From contig OX597832.1 of the NCBI GenBank assembly GCA_951406725.2, positions 23,560,001-23,624,000 of the forward strand: a stretch of DNA of 64,000 nt, written 5' to 3'. The stretch is from Octopus vulgaris (taxonomy: Eukaryota). The notes beneath the pieces were generated by a model. It saw only the letters and a program-made list of their open reading frames with translations. It had not been told where the DNA came from and searched no databases. This document shows positions 29,144 to 43,056 of this stretch, in pieces (the stretch's first letter is position 1; each line of letters begins with the position of its first letter). The translations under genes were made by a program, and so were the position numbers.

Positions 29144-30576
29144 GCGTGTGTGTCTGCTATTGTTGTTAATCTCTGATCTAGGAAACATATGACCAAGAGC
29201 GTTCCATTCGTGACAATCCACTCTTTCATTCGAACATCATGTAGCTAGGTCTGACATTATTTAAATGTGCTCGTCCTTTTTTGTTCTAATATGAGAGAAT
29301 TCTATTTCTTGCAGGTTTTACGCCTACATAGTGGCTATTCCATCGACTAGTTAAATGTATGTGCATATAGATGTGAACGCATGTGTAAGGGTGTATACTT
29401 GTTTGTGCGCATGTGCACGTGGGTGTTTTTGCCTCTATGTAATAACGTTAGTCTTTGAGAATAACCGGATGTAAATCTGCCATAGTGTTCCATTGAATAT
29501 GATATGGAACAATGGTAAAGTGATGTTAAACATTATCACTTTTAAATTTAAGATATAAATGCACAACGGCGCCCTATGGCGTCAATGCCTCTGCTTTTTC
29601 GTTCAGTTTCTATGAAGTACGATATCATTTTACATTGGAAGCCCTAACAATTCATTCATGATATAAAAATAGAATTTTCTGGAAGATATACCGGAATGAT
29701 ATTTTTTTTTCGTTGCATTCTTTACAGAGGAATAAATCTAAACATTTTTTTTTTCTTTCGTTAGATTCGGTTACGTTACTTCTATTTCCTGAAAGCATAA
29801 TCTATTAAAATCTATTATAATAAGTATTGTAGTCGCCATATTGTCCCATAAACACACATATATGCACATATGCTTACACAGTAACAGATATGTGTACGAC
29901 CTCCGCTTTTCACAAATACACATATATATATATATATATACAGAGGATACTTTAATTAAATAGTTGAATTCATTAACCACAGCTTTCTATCTGTCAATTC
30001 GGTTGTCTCTCGTTCTCTCACTTTCTCTGTCTGTTTGTCTATTCCTCTCTCTTACTCTTTCACACACTCTCGCTCACTCACTCCCTTTCTCACAGTCACT
30101 CTACTCAAGTATGTATGTATGCATGTATGTATGTATGAAATTATGAATGTGTATCTATGTATGTGTATATATATATATATATGTATGAATATATGAATAT
30201 ATGTAGGATTCACTGTATGTCTGTGTGTATGTATGTATGCATGTATGTATGTATGTATGTATGTATGTATGTATGTATGTATGTATGTATGTATGTATGT
30301 GTATATGTATGTATGTAAATGTATGAATATATGTATGTATATAATATATATGAATGAATGCATCTTTGTATGCATGCATGCAAATGTAATGTAACGTATG
30401 TATATATGTATATATGAAATTAAGAATGAATCTATGTATGAATACACAAATGTATGTATGTATATATATGTATGTATGAATAACTGTATGTCTGTCCGTA
30501 TGTATGCATGTATGCATGCATATAAGTATATGAATGTACATATATGAATGTATATACATACACACACAAATATATA

Positions 30577-31909
30577 CGAGGGAGGGTCAAAAAGTAATGC
30601 CATTTTGTTTAAGACAGGTATAATTACTAACACAGGGACATGTATTATACATCAAAAGGAAGCTGGTCCTCTGTAGATTACATTCCGACTCCTCAACGTA
30701 GTCATCGTTTCTCTCAATAGCAATGTCCACCCTTGAATGAGAGCATGTATGCCTGTCCCGTAAAATTCTGCTGACTGTTTTTTCATCCACTTCTTCACTA
30801 CAGTTTTCACTTCCTCGTCACTGGACTATCATCGTCACTGGACTATCATCGTCACTGGACTATCATCTCTTCGGCCCCATGAAAGAGGGTTTCAGTGGGC
30901 AAACATAAACCAGGAGAAAAGGAAAGGTTATCAACCAATCACAGTCACGCCTAACAATCATTGAAACCAGAGACTTGTGTGCTGGAGCATTGTCCAGCTG
31001 AAGGAAGACACCCCTCCCCTTCCACAGATTTTCTGGCTTTTTTTATCTCCATAACCTTTCATAACTGTCTCCGCGTGTTGGCATGGTACTCTCCATTGAT
31101 GATGTGACCCTTTTGAAGATAGTCAATAAACACAATACTTTGTGTACTCCAAATAACTTAGGCCATCCGCTTCCCAGCAAAGGAAGCCTCCTTTGGCCTT
31201 CTTTGGAGCAGGTGAACTGGAGCGTTTCCACTCCATCATTTGTTTGTCTCTAACTCATACTTGGTGACGAAATGTTCAAAGAGACCAGGTAGATCCGCCT
31301 CAAGCAATGTCAGACTTATCCGTGATATGAAGAGCCAGGAGTGCTTTTGAAGACATGGCACCTACAGAACAGAAGCCTTCCCCATGCCAAGTTTACTGAG
31401 CAGAATATTCTCAACTCTCTCAGAGGATACACCAATAGCATTGGCTATTTGATTTATAGTCACTGGCCTATCTTCCATCACCATGTGGTGAACACGATGC
31501 TTTCCTCCTCGGTAGGGGCAATTGCATGATGTCCAGCCCTTAAGTCATCTGCAAGACTCTCCTTTCTCCTCCTAAATTCGGCTGTCCGTTTTTGCACTGT
31601 TGATAACACTATTGATAACGCGTCACCTCCTAATATAACAACAATCTCAACATGAATGTCCATGGTGCCTAAACACCTTTTCTGCATGTAAGACCACGTT
31701 GCAGGTAAGACCACGTTGCCAAAAACCATTTATAAGAGAGGTCACTTACAGTTACTCTTGAGGTTGTCATTGAAAAGTCACATGTCCGTTTTTCTAGAAA
31801 TAAACAATGCAGTTATTAATAAGATGTGTTGAAGTAAATGTATGCAAGATTTCACAGCTCTAGCATGAACCCTTCATTGTCAGCCTATGAACTTTTCAGC
31901 CCACCCTCG
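30577..31909 (-). mobile_element. decayed full-length mariner DNA transposon
   Basis: TA-flanked imperfect TIRs (CGAGGGAGGGTCAAAAAGT / CGAGGGTGGGCTGAAAAGT), about 1.3 kb. Minus-strand transposase remnants …AEFRRRKESLADDLRAG…TEE… and …IAIERNDDYVEE. Internal 17-bp triplication at about 30815-30865. Confidence 0.85.
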
Positions 31910-32020
31910 TATATTTCTATACGTATTAGCTTTCATAGGTGTACAGCTGCATAAGTTCGTCTGAGTGTATGAGTGGATTTTTCCCAATTTATGCATATGA
32001 TTAAATTGATAGAGAGAAAC

Positions 32021-32085
<65 letters not shown>

Positions 32086-32212
32086 GCAAACAGACAGATA
32101 GATAGACACATACAAAGATAGAGATAGAGAGAGTAAGATGGAGAGAGGGGAGATGAAATGTGTGATGCGTGATGGTGTGTGCGTGCACGTTTGTGTGTGC
32201 GTATTGTGTATG

Positions 32213-32263
<51 letters not shown>

Positions 32264-33042
32264 GTGTGCGTGTGGATAGATGTGTGTGTGTGTGTGTGTG
32301 CATGTGTGTGTGTGTCTGTCCGTGTGTCTTTCTGTGTGTCTAAATCCTATCCAGTCTTCTTCAATCCACGAAAATCTCATAAGTGACATAGCTTGAAGAT
32401 AAGAGGTTACTTTATCGATTAAAATTCTGTTCGAATTAACAATGACCTGCCGCAACAAGTCAATCCCACTCTACGTTTATAGATGATGGACGGAGTTTAT
32501 TGGGTCGGTCGTTTAATCTCTGGTCGTCTTAAGGCTCAAATAGATTCCAAATTTACTCAAGCCGTACGCAGAATTTCCCGTTTCTATTTCTGAAATGTTT
32601 CGTTGTTGCTGTTTATTTTCTTTTTCCTTTACATATTTTTCTTTCTTGCTGGACGAAGGAAACATAAAAGACGTACTCAACCGCCTCCTAAGAATCCCAT
32701 TCTATGCAAATTTCTACAATTTAATTCTATCAGGCCGGGGTTAAGGTAATGGATTTTATTTTTAGCAACTTATTGGCTTAAGTACCCAGGTCTTACAGTT
32801 TATTTTAGAGAGTGTAAGAAGAGCAACTGTAAACTTTACAGACCTTTCGATATAGATGGCAGAGGGGAAGAAAAGAAGGAGTAATTTTCGACGTAGGGCT
32901 TACTATAGAAAATGTATTGGTACTTATCGATACCAATAAATGTATCGATACCAGAGTATAAGAATATCATGTTAATTTTTGAGAACGGTGGAGCGGGAAC
33001 GAATACTCACAATGGAGTGAACGGCGATAAAGGTACACAAAT

Positions 33043-33276
33043 ATCTGTTTCTTTATTACCCACAAGGGGCTAAACATAGAGGGGACAAACAAGGACAGAC
33101 AAACGGGTTAAGTCGATTACATCGACCCCAGGGCGTAACTGGTACTTAATTTATCGACCCCGAAAGGATGAAAGGCAAAGTCGACCTCGGCAGAATTTGA
33201 ACTCAGAACGTAATGGCAGACGAAATACGACAACACATTTCGTCCGACGTGCTAACGTTTCTGCCAGCTCGCCGCC
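33043..33276 (-). mobile_element. SINE family B, full unit
   Basis: Same as 26631-26858. Confidence 0.88.
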
Positions 33277-33891
33277 AAAGGTACACAAATATCATCTTAG
33301 TTACACAAAGCCAAAGGTTAAGCATACTACCCAGGGGTGTGCAGAAGCAGGATCAAGAAACAAATTCAGTATCGTTATATGTAGTGTTTTGTTGAAGGAC
33401 ACAAAGCACCACCGGGAACAGGGATTGAAACCACGACCCCTTCCCTCATCGTGCGTGCAACACTATAACCACAAGGCCACGCGCCTTCAACAGACATCAC
33501 ATTTTCTGGGATTGATAAGAAAGTCATGTGAACGTTTTAATCACATGACTATGCCTGTACACATTGATAGCGAAAGAGAGGGAAGCCTAACAGTATTTCA
33601 ATGTTTTGTTCTAATTTCTATGCGCTACATAAAAATACTTTGCAATCAATTAGAACATTATTTGATTTACATTTTTTGTTTATTTAAATATCCAAGAAAA
33701 GCCATTAGGTAGATACAAACTCGTATATTTTATTGGCAAGAAATTAAAGTACAAACTTTAGCCTCATTTGCTCGCAAACATGCTAGTAGTGCCAAACTAA
33801 CATAACACACACACATACACACGAATAGAAGCATATACACCACACACACACACAGCAGATTAATATGTGTGTGTACCCATGTTCTTGTATG

Positions 33892-33958
<67 letters not shown>

Positions 33959-33965
33959 GTATGTA

Positions 33966-33998
<33 letters not shown>

Positions 33999-34002
33999 AA
34001 CA

Positions 34003-34040
<38 letters not shown>

Positions 34041-34080
34041 GAATTAGAGATAAAATCACTATTATACCCACTAATATTAT

Positions 34081-34111
<31 letters not shown>

Positions 34112-34998
34112 GTATGTATGCATGCATGCATGTATGTATGTATGTATGCATGTATGTATGTATGTATGTATGTATGTATGTGTGTATACTTATGTATGTA
34201 TGCAATAAAAGAGAGAGAGAGGAGAAAAGGAGAGATAGATGTAATAGACCTAGCTATCAGCTCTAGCCAACGTATTGGATTCTTTATAAAATTTTTTTCT
34301 ACTAAAAATAATGTATTTTATATACTTTACTATGTACATGTTTGTGTATGTGTGAGTGTGTGTGGGTATGTGTGGGTATGTGTGAGTGTGTATAGATGTA
34401 GATAGATATAGATATACAGGAGATGCGAAAAAATATTTTTAGCATCATTTATTCAGTACTACACTTGTTTCATTTGCTGCTAAGACAAACTTATATAAAA
34501 TTATAAAAGAGAAATATGGACGATATCTCTTAGAAATTCTATTCAGTCATAGGATTAAATGGTATTATTTGACTTTCTCTCTCTTTCTCTCTCTGAGGAA
34601 TTTCTTATAGCTTACACATAAATTCATAAACACATGCACACACAAATACACACATACGCATATTTATGTATATAGTGTGTATACGTATATATATATATTT
34701 CCTGAGCGCCTATTAATAATAATACTGTAATTGTTCCATTGTTGTTGTTTTTTTGTTTTCCCGTTTGGATTAAAAAAATAAATATATATATATATAATAA
34801 ATGGATAAATAATTATCTTGTTACGGATTATTTAAAATTTAACCGATACCTGTGTAGCAAAAATCACACCATGTATATATATACATATATATACATGTAT
34901 ATAGATATCCATATATACATATAGATATACATATAGACATAAATAGACATATATACAGACAGATAAACAGACAGATAGATACATACATAAATAGGTAG

Positions 34999-35076
<78 letters not shown>

Positions 35077-35113
35077 GAGATAGAGAGATAGAGAGATGGA
35101 TGGATGGATGGAT

Positions 35114-35188
<75 letters not shown>

Positions 35189-35288
35189 TAGATGTAGATA
35201 TATGGATATATAGATATGTACATATATAGTGTATATATTTGTATTATCATTTTTATGTGTGTGTGTATGTGTTTATATATATATAACG

Positions 35289-35406
35289 AAAATAAGATAA
35301 AAGAGAATTATCAATAAATAATTATACTTATTAACTGCAAAAATAGACATATTTTCGCAAGTAATAAATATAATTATTAATTGATTAATCTCTATTTTCT
35401 TATTTT
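35289..35406. repeat. degenerate foldback, 57-bp arms with 4-nt loop, next to (TA)n
   Basis: Arms align without gaps around GACA (35346-35349), with about 9 mismatches by eye. Very AT-rich. Confidence 0.65.
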
Positions 35407-35561
35407 TCTTAAATAAATATAAATCTCAGTTTATCTAAATACCAATTATTTATGAATATTAAGATTGATATTCAAAACAAATAGTAGGAAATATACCGGT
35501 AAATTCATTGGACATAATTATCTCTTAATGAGAGTTCTTTAATATCTAATTGAACTTTTAG

Positions 35562-35679
<118 letters not shown>

Positions 35680-35696
35680 ATGTATGTATCTACATT

Positions 35697-36122
35697 CTCT
35701 TTTATTTGTTTCACTTATTTGCCTGCGGCCATGCTGGAGTACCGCCTATAGTCGAACAAATCCACCACACGACTTATTCTTTGTAAACCTAGTACTTATT
35801 CTATCGGTACCTTTCAGCGAACCGCTAAGTTACAGGAATGTAAATACACCAGCATCGGTTGTCAAGCGATGGCGGTGGGGGGCAAACATTGACACACAAA
35901 AGTACACACACACACACACACACACACATACATACATATACATATATATATATATATATGATGGGCTTCTTTCTGTTTCCGTCTACCAAATCCATTAACA
36001 AAACTTAGGGTGGCCCGACGCTATTGAAGAAGATACTTGCCCACGGTGCCACACAATGGGACTGAACCTGGAACCATGTGGCTGGTAAGCAAGCTACTTC
36101 CCATACAGCCACTCCTGTGCCT
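35697..36122 (-). mobile_element. SINE family A, diverged full copy
   Basis: Colinear with the other family A copies. Confidence 0.85.
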
Positions 36123-36862
36123 ATACATACATAATATATCGGTAAAATTAGATTAGGGATCTAGAGCATGGACTCAGTGTTTGGACCCCATATCTAACTA
36201 AAGAAAGAACTTGTAAAAATTTATAGGATAAATTTCTTTCGAGAATAATGCATTGAAAATAATATGTGATAATAAATATGTGGAAATATATATATACATA
36301 TGTATATATGTATATATATGTGTGTGTGTATATATATATATATACATACATGTCTACATATATATATACATATTTGCACACATGTGTACTTGCATATATA
36401 GATATGTAAATATATACACATATACATACATGTTTATGTGTATATGTGTGTATGTGTGTTTGTGTGTGTGTGTGCCTGTGTCTGTGTGTCTGTGTATCCA
36501 CATATATGCCTACGTGAATATACATATTCGAATATAACCAAGATTCATCCATATTCTTTCCTCTCGAAATTCCTTTTAATGTTTTTTCTACTCAACGCCA
36601 TTTCCAAAGGCACTTGACATCAACCAAAGTTCTTCAATTTCTTTACCCACATGAATATTAGATTCCAGTGCAATGATACTCCTTTCTTACCAATTTACCG
36701 AAAGCACCGCCAGAAAATGGATTCTGCATGTCTTTAATGAGATTTCACTACCATAAGCATTGTATCTCATTGTATCTCAACAGAATCTCATGTACATGAA
36801 CATAGAATTAGCTTTCACATTTCCCCAGCGGTCATCAAAACTTACAGCTTTATATGTATACA

Positions 36863-36944
<82 letters not shown>

Positions 36945-37322
36945 TTCATATACATATATATATATATATATATAGTTATAGATATATTTACATGCATACA
37001 TTTATATTTACCCAAATATATATATTTTTTTTTGTTTCAGCTCAGAGCTGTGGCCATGCTGATGCACCGCCGTATGTATATATATGTATATATATATATA
37101 TACATATATATACATATACATACATATATACGTACAAATATAGATATATCTATATGCATATACTTATATATATATATATATATGTATATATCAATATATC
37201 AATGTACCTATATACATGTACAAGCATATATATACATGTACATACATATATGTATATATATATGGGGGGGTCTATATATGTATACATATGCATACATAAA
37301 TGTAGATATGTATGTATAAATT

Positions 37323-37471
<149 letters not shown>

Positions 37472-37704
37472 GTGTCGGCATGCGTGGGTGCCATTAACTG
37501 CAAGTAGTTGCATATGTTATTATTCTTGCAGTTTTTTAATCAATTCTTCAAATAGACGATCGTTTTCTGACAAAAAACCTAAACCTTAAAGCGTTTGAAC
37601 ATGAAAATCTACAATAGGAAGAATTTGCAAAATACGTTCAGCATCCTACGAATCAGTTTTTATAAAGTGTTATGTTACAATGTTTCTTAACGTTATGAAA
37701 ATCA

Positions 37705-38096
37705 AGGCGGTGAGCTGACAGAATCGTTAACATGCCGGGCGAAATGCGTAGCTGTATTTCGTCTGCCGTTACGCTCTGAGTTCAAATTCCGCCGAGGTCG
37801 ACTTTGCCTTTCATCCTTTCGTCGTCGAGTAAATAAGTACCAGTTACGCAATAGGGTTGATGTAATCGACTTAATCCCTTTGTCATTGTTTGTCCTCTCT
37901 GTGTTTAGCTCCTTGTGGGCAATAAAGAAATCAGAAACGTTAGCACGGCTGTCTTTACGTTCTGTGTTCAATTTCCGCCGAGGTCAGCATTGCCTTTCGG
38001 GTCATTAAATTAAGTACTAGTTGCGTACAGGGGTCGATCTAATCGACTGATTCCCTCTCGGAAAATTTCGGGCCTTGAGCCTGGAGCAGAAAAGAA
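37705..38096 (+). mobile_element. SINE family B dimer
   Basis: Head GGCGGTGAGCTGACAGAATCGTTA…, followed by two core units. Confidence 0.85.
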
Positions 38097-38439
38097 TGTT
38101 ATGGCAAACCAGGATGGTGTGTAAACCTAGTCACCTAGAGTTGATACTGAATGGTTACTGATCATACCCATTATCTTTTTTCGTTATTTTTTTTATTTGA
38201 GCCTGTGGACTGAGACCATGCTGGGGCACCACCTGGACGGATTTAGTCGTACAAATCGCCCTTGGCACTTGTCTTCAGTTCAGTACTTCTATAGGTCTGT
38301 TTTGCTGATGACACTATATTGCGAGTACATGAAGAATCTAACATCGAAATTCATGTAGTAATAGGGACAAACACAAAGTCGCATATACATATACACACAC
38401 ATATATATATATGTATATATATTCTTTTATTTGTTTTAG

Positions 38440-38483
<44 letters not shown>

Positions 38484-38630
38484 TTAGTGAGAGAGAGAGA
38501 GAGAGAGGTCTATATACATATACATCCATAAGTAAAGATTCATATACATTATATATATACAGGAGTAAACACATCAATGTGAAACAAGGTAGGAAAAAGA
38601 GTACTCAAATACCAGTGGTAGAGTAATATG

Positions 38631-38783
38631 CTTTATTTAAAGCAGCAGAAATTTCAACAAAACCTGTTACTCTGAGTTTCCCGTTGCCGTTCATCGGACA
38701 GTTTTTGCAAAAACTGTCCGATGAACGGCAACGGGAAACTCAGAGTAACAGGTTTTGTTGAATTTTCTGCTGCTTTAAATAAA

Positions 38784-38784
<1 letters not shown>
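38631..38784. repeat. spacer-less palindrome, 77-bp arms (1 mismatch), each arm containing a hammerhead-like motif
   Basis: Centre TTTTTG|CAAAAA at 38707/38708. The right end abuts (TA)n, and the left arm continues as unique sequence to about 38560. Confidence 0.95.
38714..38751 (+). ncRNA. hammerhead-like motif (type I, CCGAUGA core); mirror copy on minus strand at 38664-38701
   Basis: CTGT-CCGATGA-ACG-GCAA-CGG-GAAAC-TCAGA-GTA-ACAG. Stem I CTGT/ACAG, GCAA-capped short stem II, stem III ACTC/GAGT, GUA triplet. Confidence 0.6.
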
Positions 38785-38870
<86 letters not shown>

Positions 38871-39663
38871 TATATGTATATATATATATTTACCAGTGAG
38901 GGCTGAAAATTCAAGGCTTTGGGTAAAACTCGGAAGTTTGGGCCTCCAACCAGACATTTTGCAACACATTTAAAACCAGGAACCTTTCAGCACTTCCTTC
39001 GTACATGCATAGAAATCCGAATATACATATAGATATATATATCAATATATACATATGTATATGATTATATGCAAGATATATATATATATATATATTTATA
39101 TATACATACATACATACATACATACATACATACATACATACATACATACATACATACATACATACATGCAAACATACATGCATGCATACATTCATACATA
39201 CATACACACACACATATATATAAATACGCACATGTTCATATAGCCATGCATACATAGTTACATCCACACCCACGCACACATGCATACACCTAATTTACAT
39301 AAGCAAACGTATAACTTCCATTAGTATTGATCACATTTTTTACTGAACATCTAGAAAGTTCATTCACATTTTGTGTTAACATTTATGCACCGGATAAACA
39401 TTTAGTTCAGGGGTCGACCTAAACAGCATCCGAGAAAATATGATTTTAATTGGCAAAACAACTCTAAGGAAATTCTTCAAATCTTGACCTAGAAAATGTA
39501 CAATGTTTTTATACATCGCATCTCTAACGTTATTAAAATTCACTCAGCATCTGCACACATAGATACATTTGTAATCTCCCTCATCTTCCGTCTATCTGTC
39601 TCTTTCTGTCTTTATACATAGTTCTAAATACACGTAAATACATGTTTGTATGTTGTATGTATG

Positions 39664-39777
<114 letters not shown>

Positions 39778-39929
39778 TATATATATATAAAGAACTCTGG
39801 CCGAAATAAGATTAAGATTAATGTAAAAAATAAATAACAATGAAGCAAAATAACACCAAATATATAGTGCGTGTGTTTTTATTGGCTAAACTGGCAAAAT
39901 GACCATTCCGAAATATAACAGTATATATA

Positions 39930-40014
<85 letters not shown>

Positions 40015-40959
40015 CATCCTATATAAAAACATGACAAACTAGAATCATATAACTAGAAGTTGTTGGAATAATTTTTCTTTAGTAAATAATGAACAGAAAT
40101 GTGGAATAAAAGTAGGAAAAAGAAATGTTAGTAAAAAGATATGTTAACTTAACTGTATGGTAATTTTCTCTCCATGAATTAAACCTGTTTAATTCTCTTG
40201 AATAGCATATACAACTCATTTTTGGAAGCTGAGTAGACTAGAGGAATATGAAATAAAATGTCTAACTGAAGGATACAAAGCACTGGCGGAAATCGATCTC
40301 GCGACTTTACTATCGTGCGCCGAACATCCCTAACCATTAATCCACACACTTTGATCAAATAACCGCTTAAATTCAAATGAAATACTTGTACATTCGTATA
40401 TTTTCAAGTGATGGGTTCTCTTGAGTATTGAACCGTCATACCCCAACCATAACACATAGAATTCGCAATCATATTTCGAGTCAGTATATGATCGAAGCCG
40501 AACAGAAAGACCATAAAACTTGATGTGTGTACGTTTGTGTGTGTATATGTATGTGTTTGTGTGTCCATGCGTAGTAACAAGGTAATCGAAACCACGATGA
40601 AGTTTAGTTAAAGCTGACGAAGGAAAACTATTTGTGTTTGTCAGTCTTTTCTTTATTCTTTTTTCTTTCTTTCTCTATAAACTCATACACTTGTCTCGTC
40701 TGGGTCAAAAAGCCGTTTACATTTCGTGTCTGTGCTTTGTTCCTGTGGTGTTTATTTTATTGTCTTGTTCTCTGTTTGTGTGTTACATCTGTCTCTTCTC
40801 TTTGTTTTCCGTTCTTCTATTTAAACTTCTGTTAAAAGACATTATTCAATGACTTCGCTGCGTCCTTTAATTGTTTTTCTTTCTTCATTACCCCACTGGT
40901 CTGTAACTTTTCCAAGTTTATATTTGGTTTTATTTCGAATGAGTGATTCGGTCTGCACA

Positions 40960-41011
<52 letters not shown>

Positions 41012-41597
41012 TATCTATATATCTCTATCTATCTCACCCTCTCTCTCCATCTTTCTCCCTCTTTCTCTCCCACAATCTGTGTTCTTTTTGCACCAACGTA
41101 TTTTAGCGGAAGTTTTGACCATCAAGAGGAAAACCGATAAACCATTGCTTTTGGACGATCTTAAATAGATTTTATTATTTGCTCAGTACACGTTGCACAG
41201 ATACTGTCTTGTGACAATAGCCATTGTATATGCATTGTACTGGTGACTGGTCAGTGGAAAATTTGTGACCATCGACTCTATTGTTCATAAAATACCATAT
41301 AAAATATATAAATGGATTGAATTTAAAGTTGTTAAAGCAATTTTTAGTTCCGTGATGTGGGTCTTTAAACAGATGTAAATATATCATGTTATTCTCTTCG
41401 TATACAGAAAAGTAAAGGAGATTGCTCTGACATGTCTTGTGGTTCGTTTACCATACATCTAAGGTAAAGTGCTCCTCATTCCTCTGCCTACGAAGAGAGC
41501 TTGAACCCAGTAGGATTCAACCCGGAACTATGTGGCTGGTAAGCAAGCTACTTACCACACAACCACTCCTGCGCCTATAAAAAGAAATCAATAATCG

Positions 41598-41669
41598 TTC
41601 CCATGCCGGGAATCGAACCCAGGCCACGTGGATGAAAGCCAGGAACCCTAACCACTAGACCACATGAGA
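41598..41669 (-). tRNA. tRNA-Glu(TTC), probably a pseudogene or diverged copy
   Basis: 72 nt: TCTCATGTGGTCTAGTGGTTAGGGTTCCTGGCTTTCATCCACGTGGCCTGGGTTCGATTCCCGGCATGGGAA. Acceptor and T stems pair (with G-U), A/B boxes are intact, anticodon TTC, and there is a C-C mismatch in the anticodon stem. Confidence 0.8.
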
Positions 41670-41676
41670 TCACATA

Positions 41677-42048
41677 CTCTTTTCTCTTTACTCTTTTACT
41701 TGTTTCAGTCATTTGACTGCGGCCATGCTGGAGCACCACCTTTAGTCGAGCAAATCGACCCCAGGACTTATTCTTTGTAAGCCTAGTACTTATTCCATCA
41801 GTCTCTTTTGCCGAACCGCTAAGTGACAGAGACGTAAACACACCAGCATCGGTTGTCAAGCAATGCTAGGGGGACAAACACAGACACACAAACACACATA
41901 TACATATATACGACAGGCTTCTTTCAGTTTCCGTCTACCAAATCAGAAGACACTTGCCCAAGATGCAGTGGGACTGAACGCAGTAGGACTGAACCTGCAA
42001 CCATGTGGTTGGTTAGCAAGCTACTTACCACACAGCCACTCCTGCGCC
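41677..42048 (-). mobile_element. SINE family A with internal deletion; a second 5' fragment lies at about 41505-41577
   Basis: Colinear with the other copies, lacking about 40 bp after GTCTACCAAATC. Confidence 0.88.
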
Positions 42049-42124
42049 TATATTTATTATATATAAATATAAGCTTTGGTTATGGAGTTGTTACGTAGTC
42101 AATAACAAAATAAAGGGTTCTTAC

Positions 42125-42246
42125 CTTTCCAGGCAAAGAGCCGTAAGCGTCAATACAGAACAGATCATGGATACGTTCTGCATATAGTATGCCAGTTTGC
42201 AAATAAATTCACCGAGTTTCCAGGTAAATGTAAAAAACATTGCACA
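42125..42246 (-). CDS. internal coding exon of a class A (rhodopsin-like) GPCR, likely a neuropeptide receptor; ECL1 and TM3 up to the E-R(Y) motif
   Basis: Acceptor tttactttctcttgttttttgcag| and donor AAG|gtaaga. The 122 nt translate without stops as CAMFFTFTWKLGEFICKLAYYMQNVSMICSVLTLTALCLE-R, containing the WxLGxxxCK and SVLTLTAxxxER motifs. Phase 0 start, phase 2 end inside the Arg codon. Confidence 0.92.
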
Positions 42247-42349
42247 CTGCAAAAAACAAGAGAAAGTAAAATTAATTAGTTTGCATATAATTAATTATGT
42301 CATCTGTTTCATTATTATTTTTATTTATTTCATATATTTATTTTATTAC

Positions 42350-42598
42350 TGTGGAAGCGCGGGACTTAGTGGTTAGGGTGTCAGCATCGTGATCGTAAGA
42401 TTGTGGTTTCGATTCCTGGACCGGGCGACGCGTTGTGTTCTTGAGCAATACACTTCATTTCACGTTGCTCCAGTCCACTCAGCTGGCAAAAATGAGTAAC
42501 GCTGCGATGGACTGGTGTCCCGTCCAGCTGAGGAATACATACGCCATTGAAACTGGCAAACCGGGCCCATGAGCCAGGCTAGGCTTTAAAAGGGCGCG
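42350..42598 (+). mobile_element. tRNA-headed SINE family D variant (CORE/V-like body)
   Basis: Head with TAGTGG and GGTTTCGATTCC boxes. Body includes CTGCGATGGACTGGTGTCCCGTCCAG. Confidence 0.8.
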
Positions 42599-42647
42599 TT
42601 TATTTATTTTATTACTTTCTTTAAAAACAACAGCAAAAACGTTTGAT

Positions 42648-42899
42648 CAGTGTTTCCCAAAGTGAGCGGCATTGCACCTCCCTGGGGCGAAAGGAAAGTT
42701 CCAAGGGGCGTTAAAATACACTGGGGCGATAATGGGGTAGAGATTCGTAAAAACAACAAAATAATGGGTTCCTTAGGTTAAGTTTCATTTGTGAAATATA
42801 GTTGCTTTGAATTTGCTTGAGAAAGGAGTTTTTTATGTTTTTGATGGTTAGTTGAGGTGGAGGCGTTAGGAATGTGACCTGGTTGTCTGAGAACAACTG
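42648..42899. mobile_element. non-autonomous hAT (Charlie-like) MITE
   Basis: Ends CAGTGTTTCCCAAA…TCTGAGAACAACTG. Flanking 8-mers CGTTTGAT and CATTTGAT (7/8) fit an 8-bp target-site duplication. Confidence 0.7.
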
Positions 42900-43056
42900 C
42901 ATTTGATAATGTAATCCTTATATTTTTTAATAAGTACTAGGCCAGGAATTAGGGACCGGATTAGTACTTTACTGTTACTTTATTCCACTGATCCTGGAAA
43001 ATTGAAAGGCAGCGTAAACTCCGGTACATTTGAATCATGAACGTAAAATATTTAAA

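Noticed and set aside
42133-42223. Plus-strand AG…GT-bounded open frame (AKSRKRQYRTDHGYVLHIVCQFANKFTEFP)
   Set aside because: It is the antisense of the GPCR exon, which has much stronger motif and splice support.
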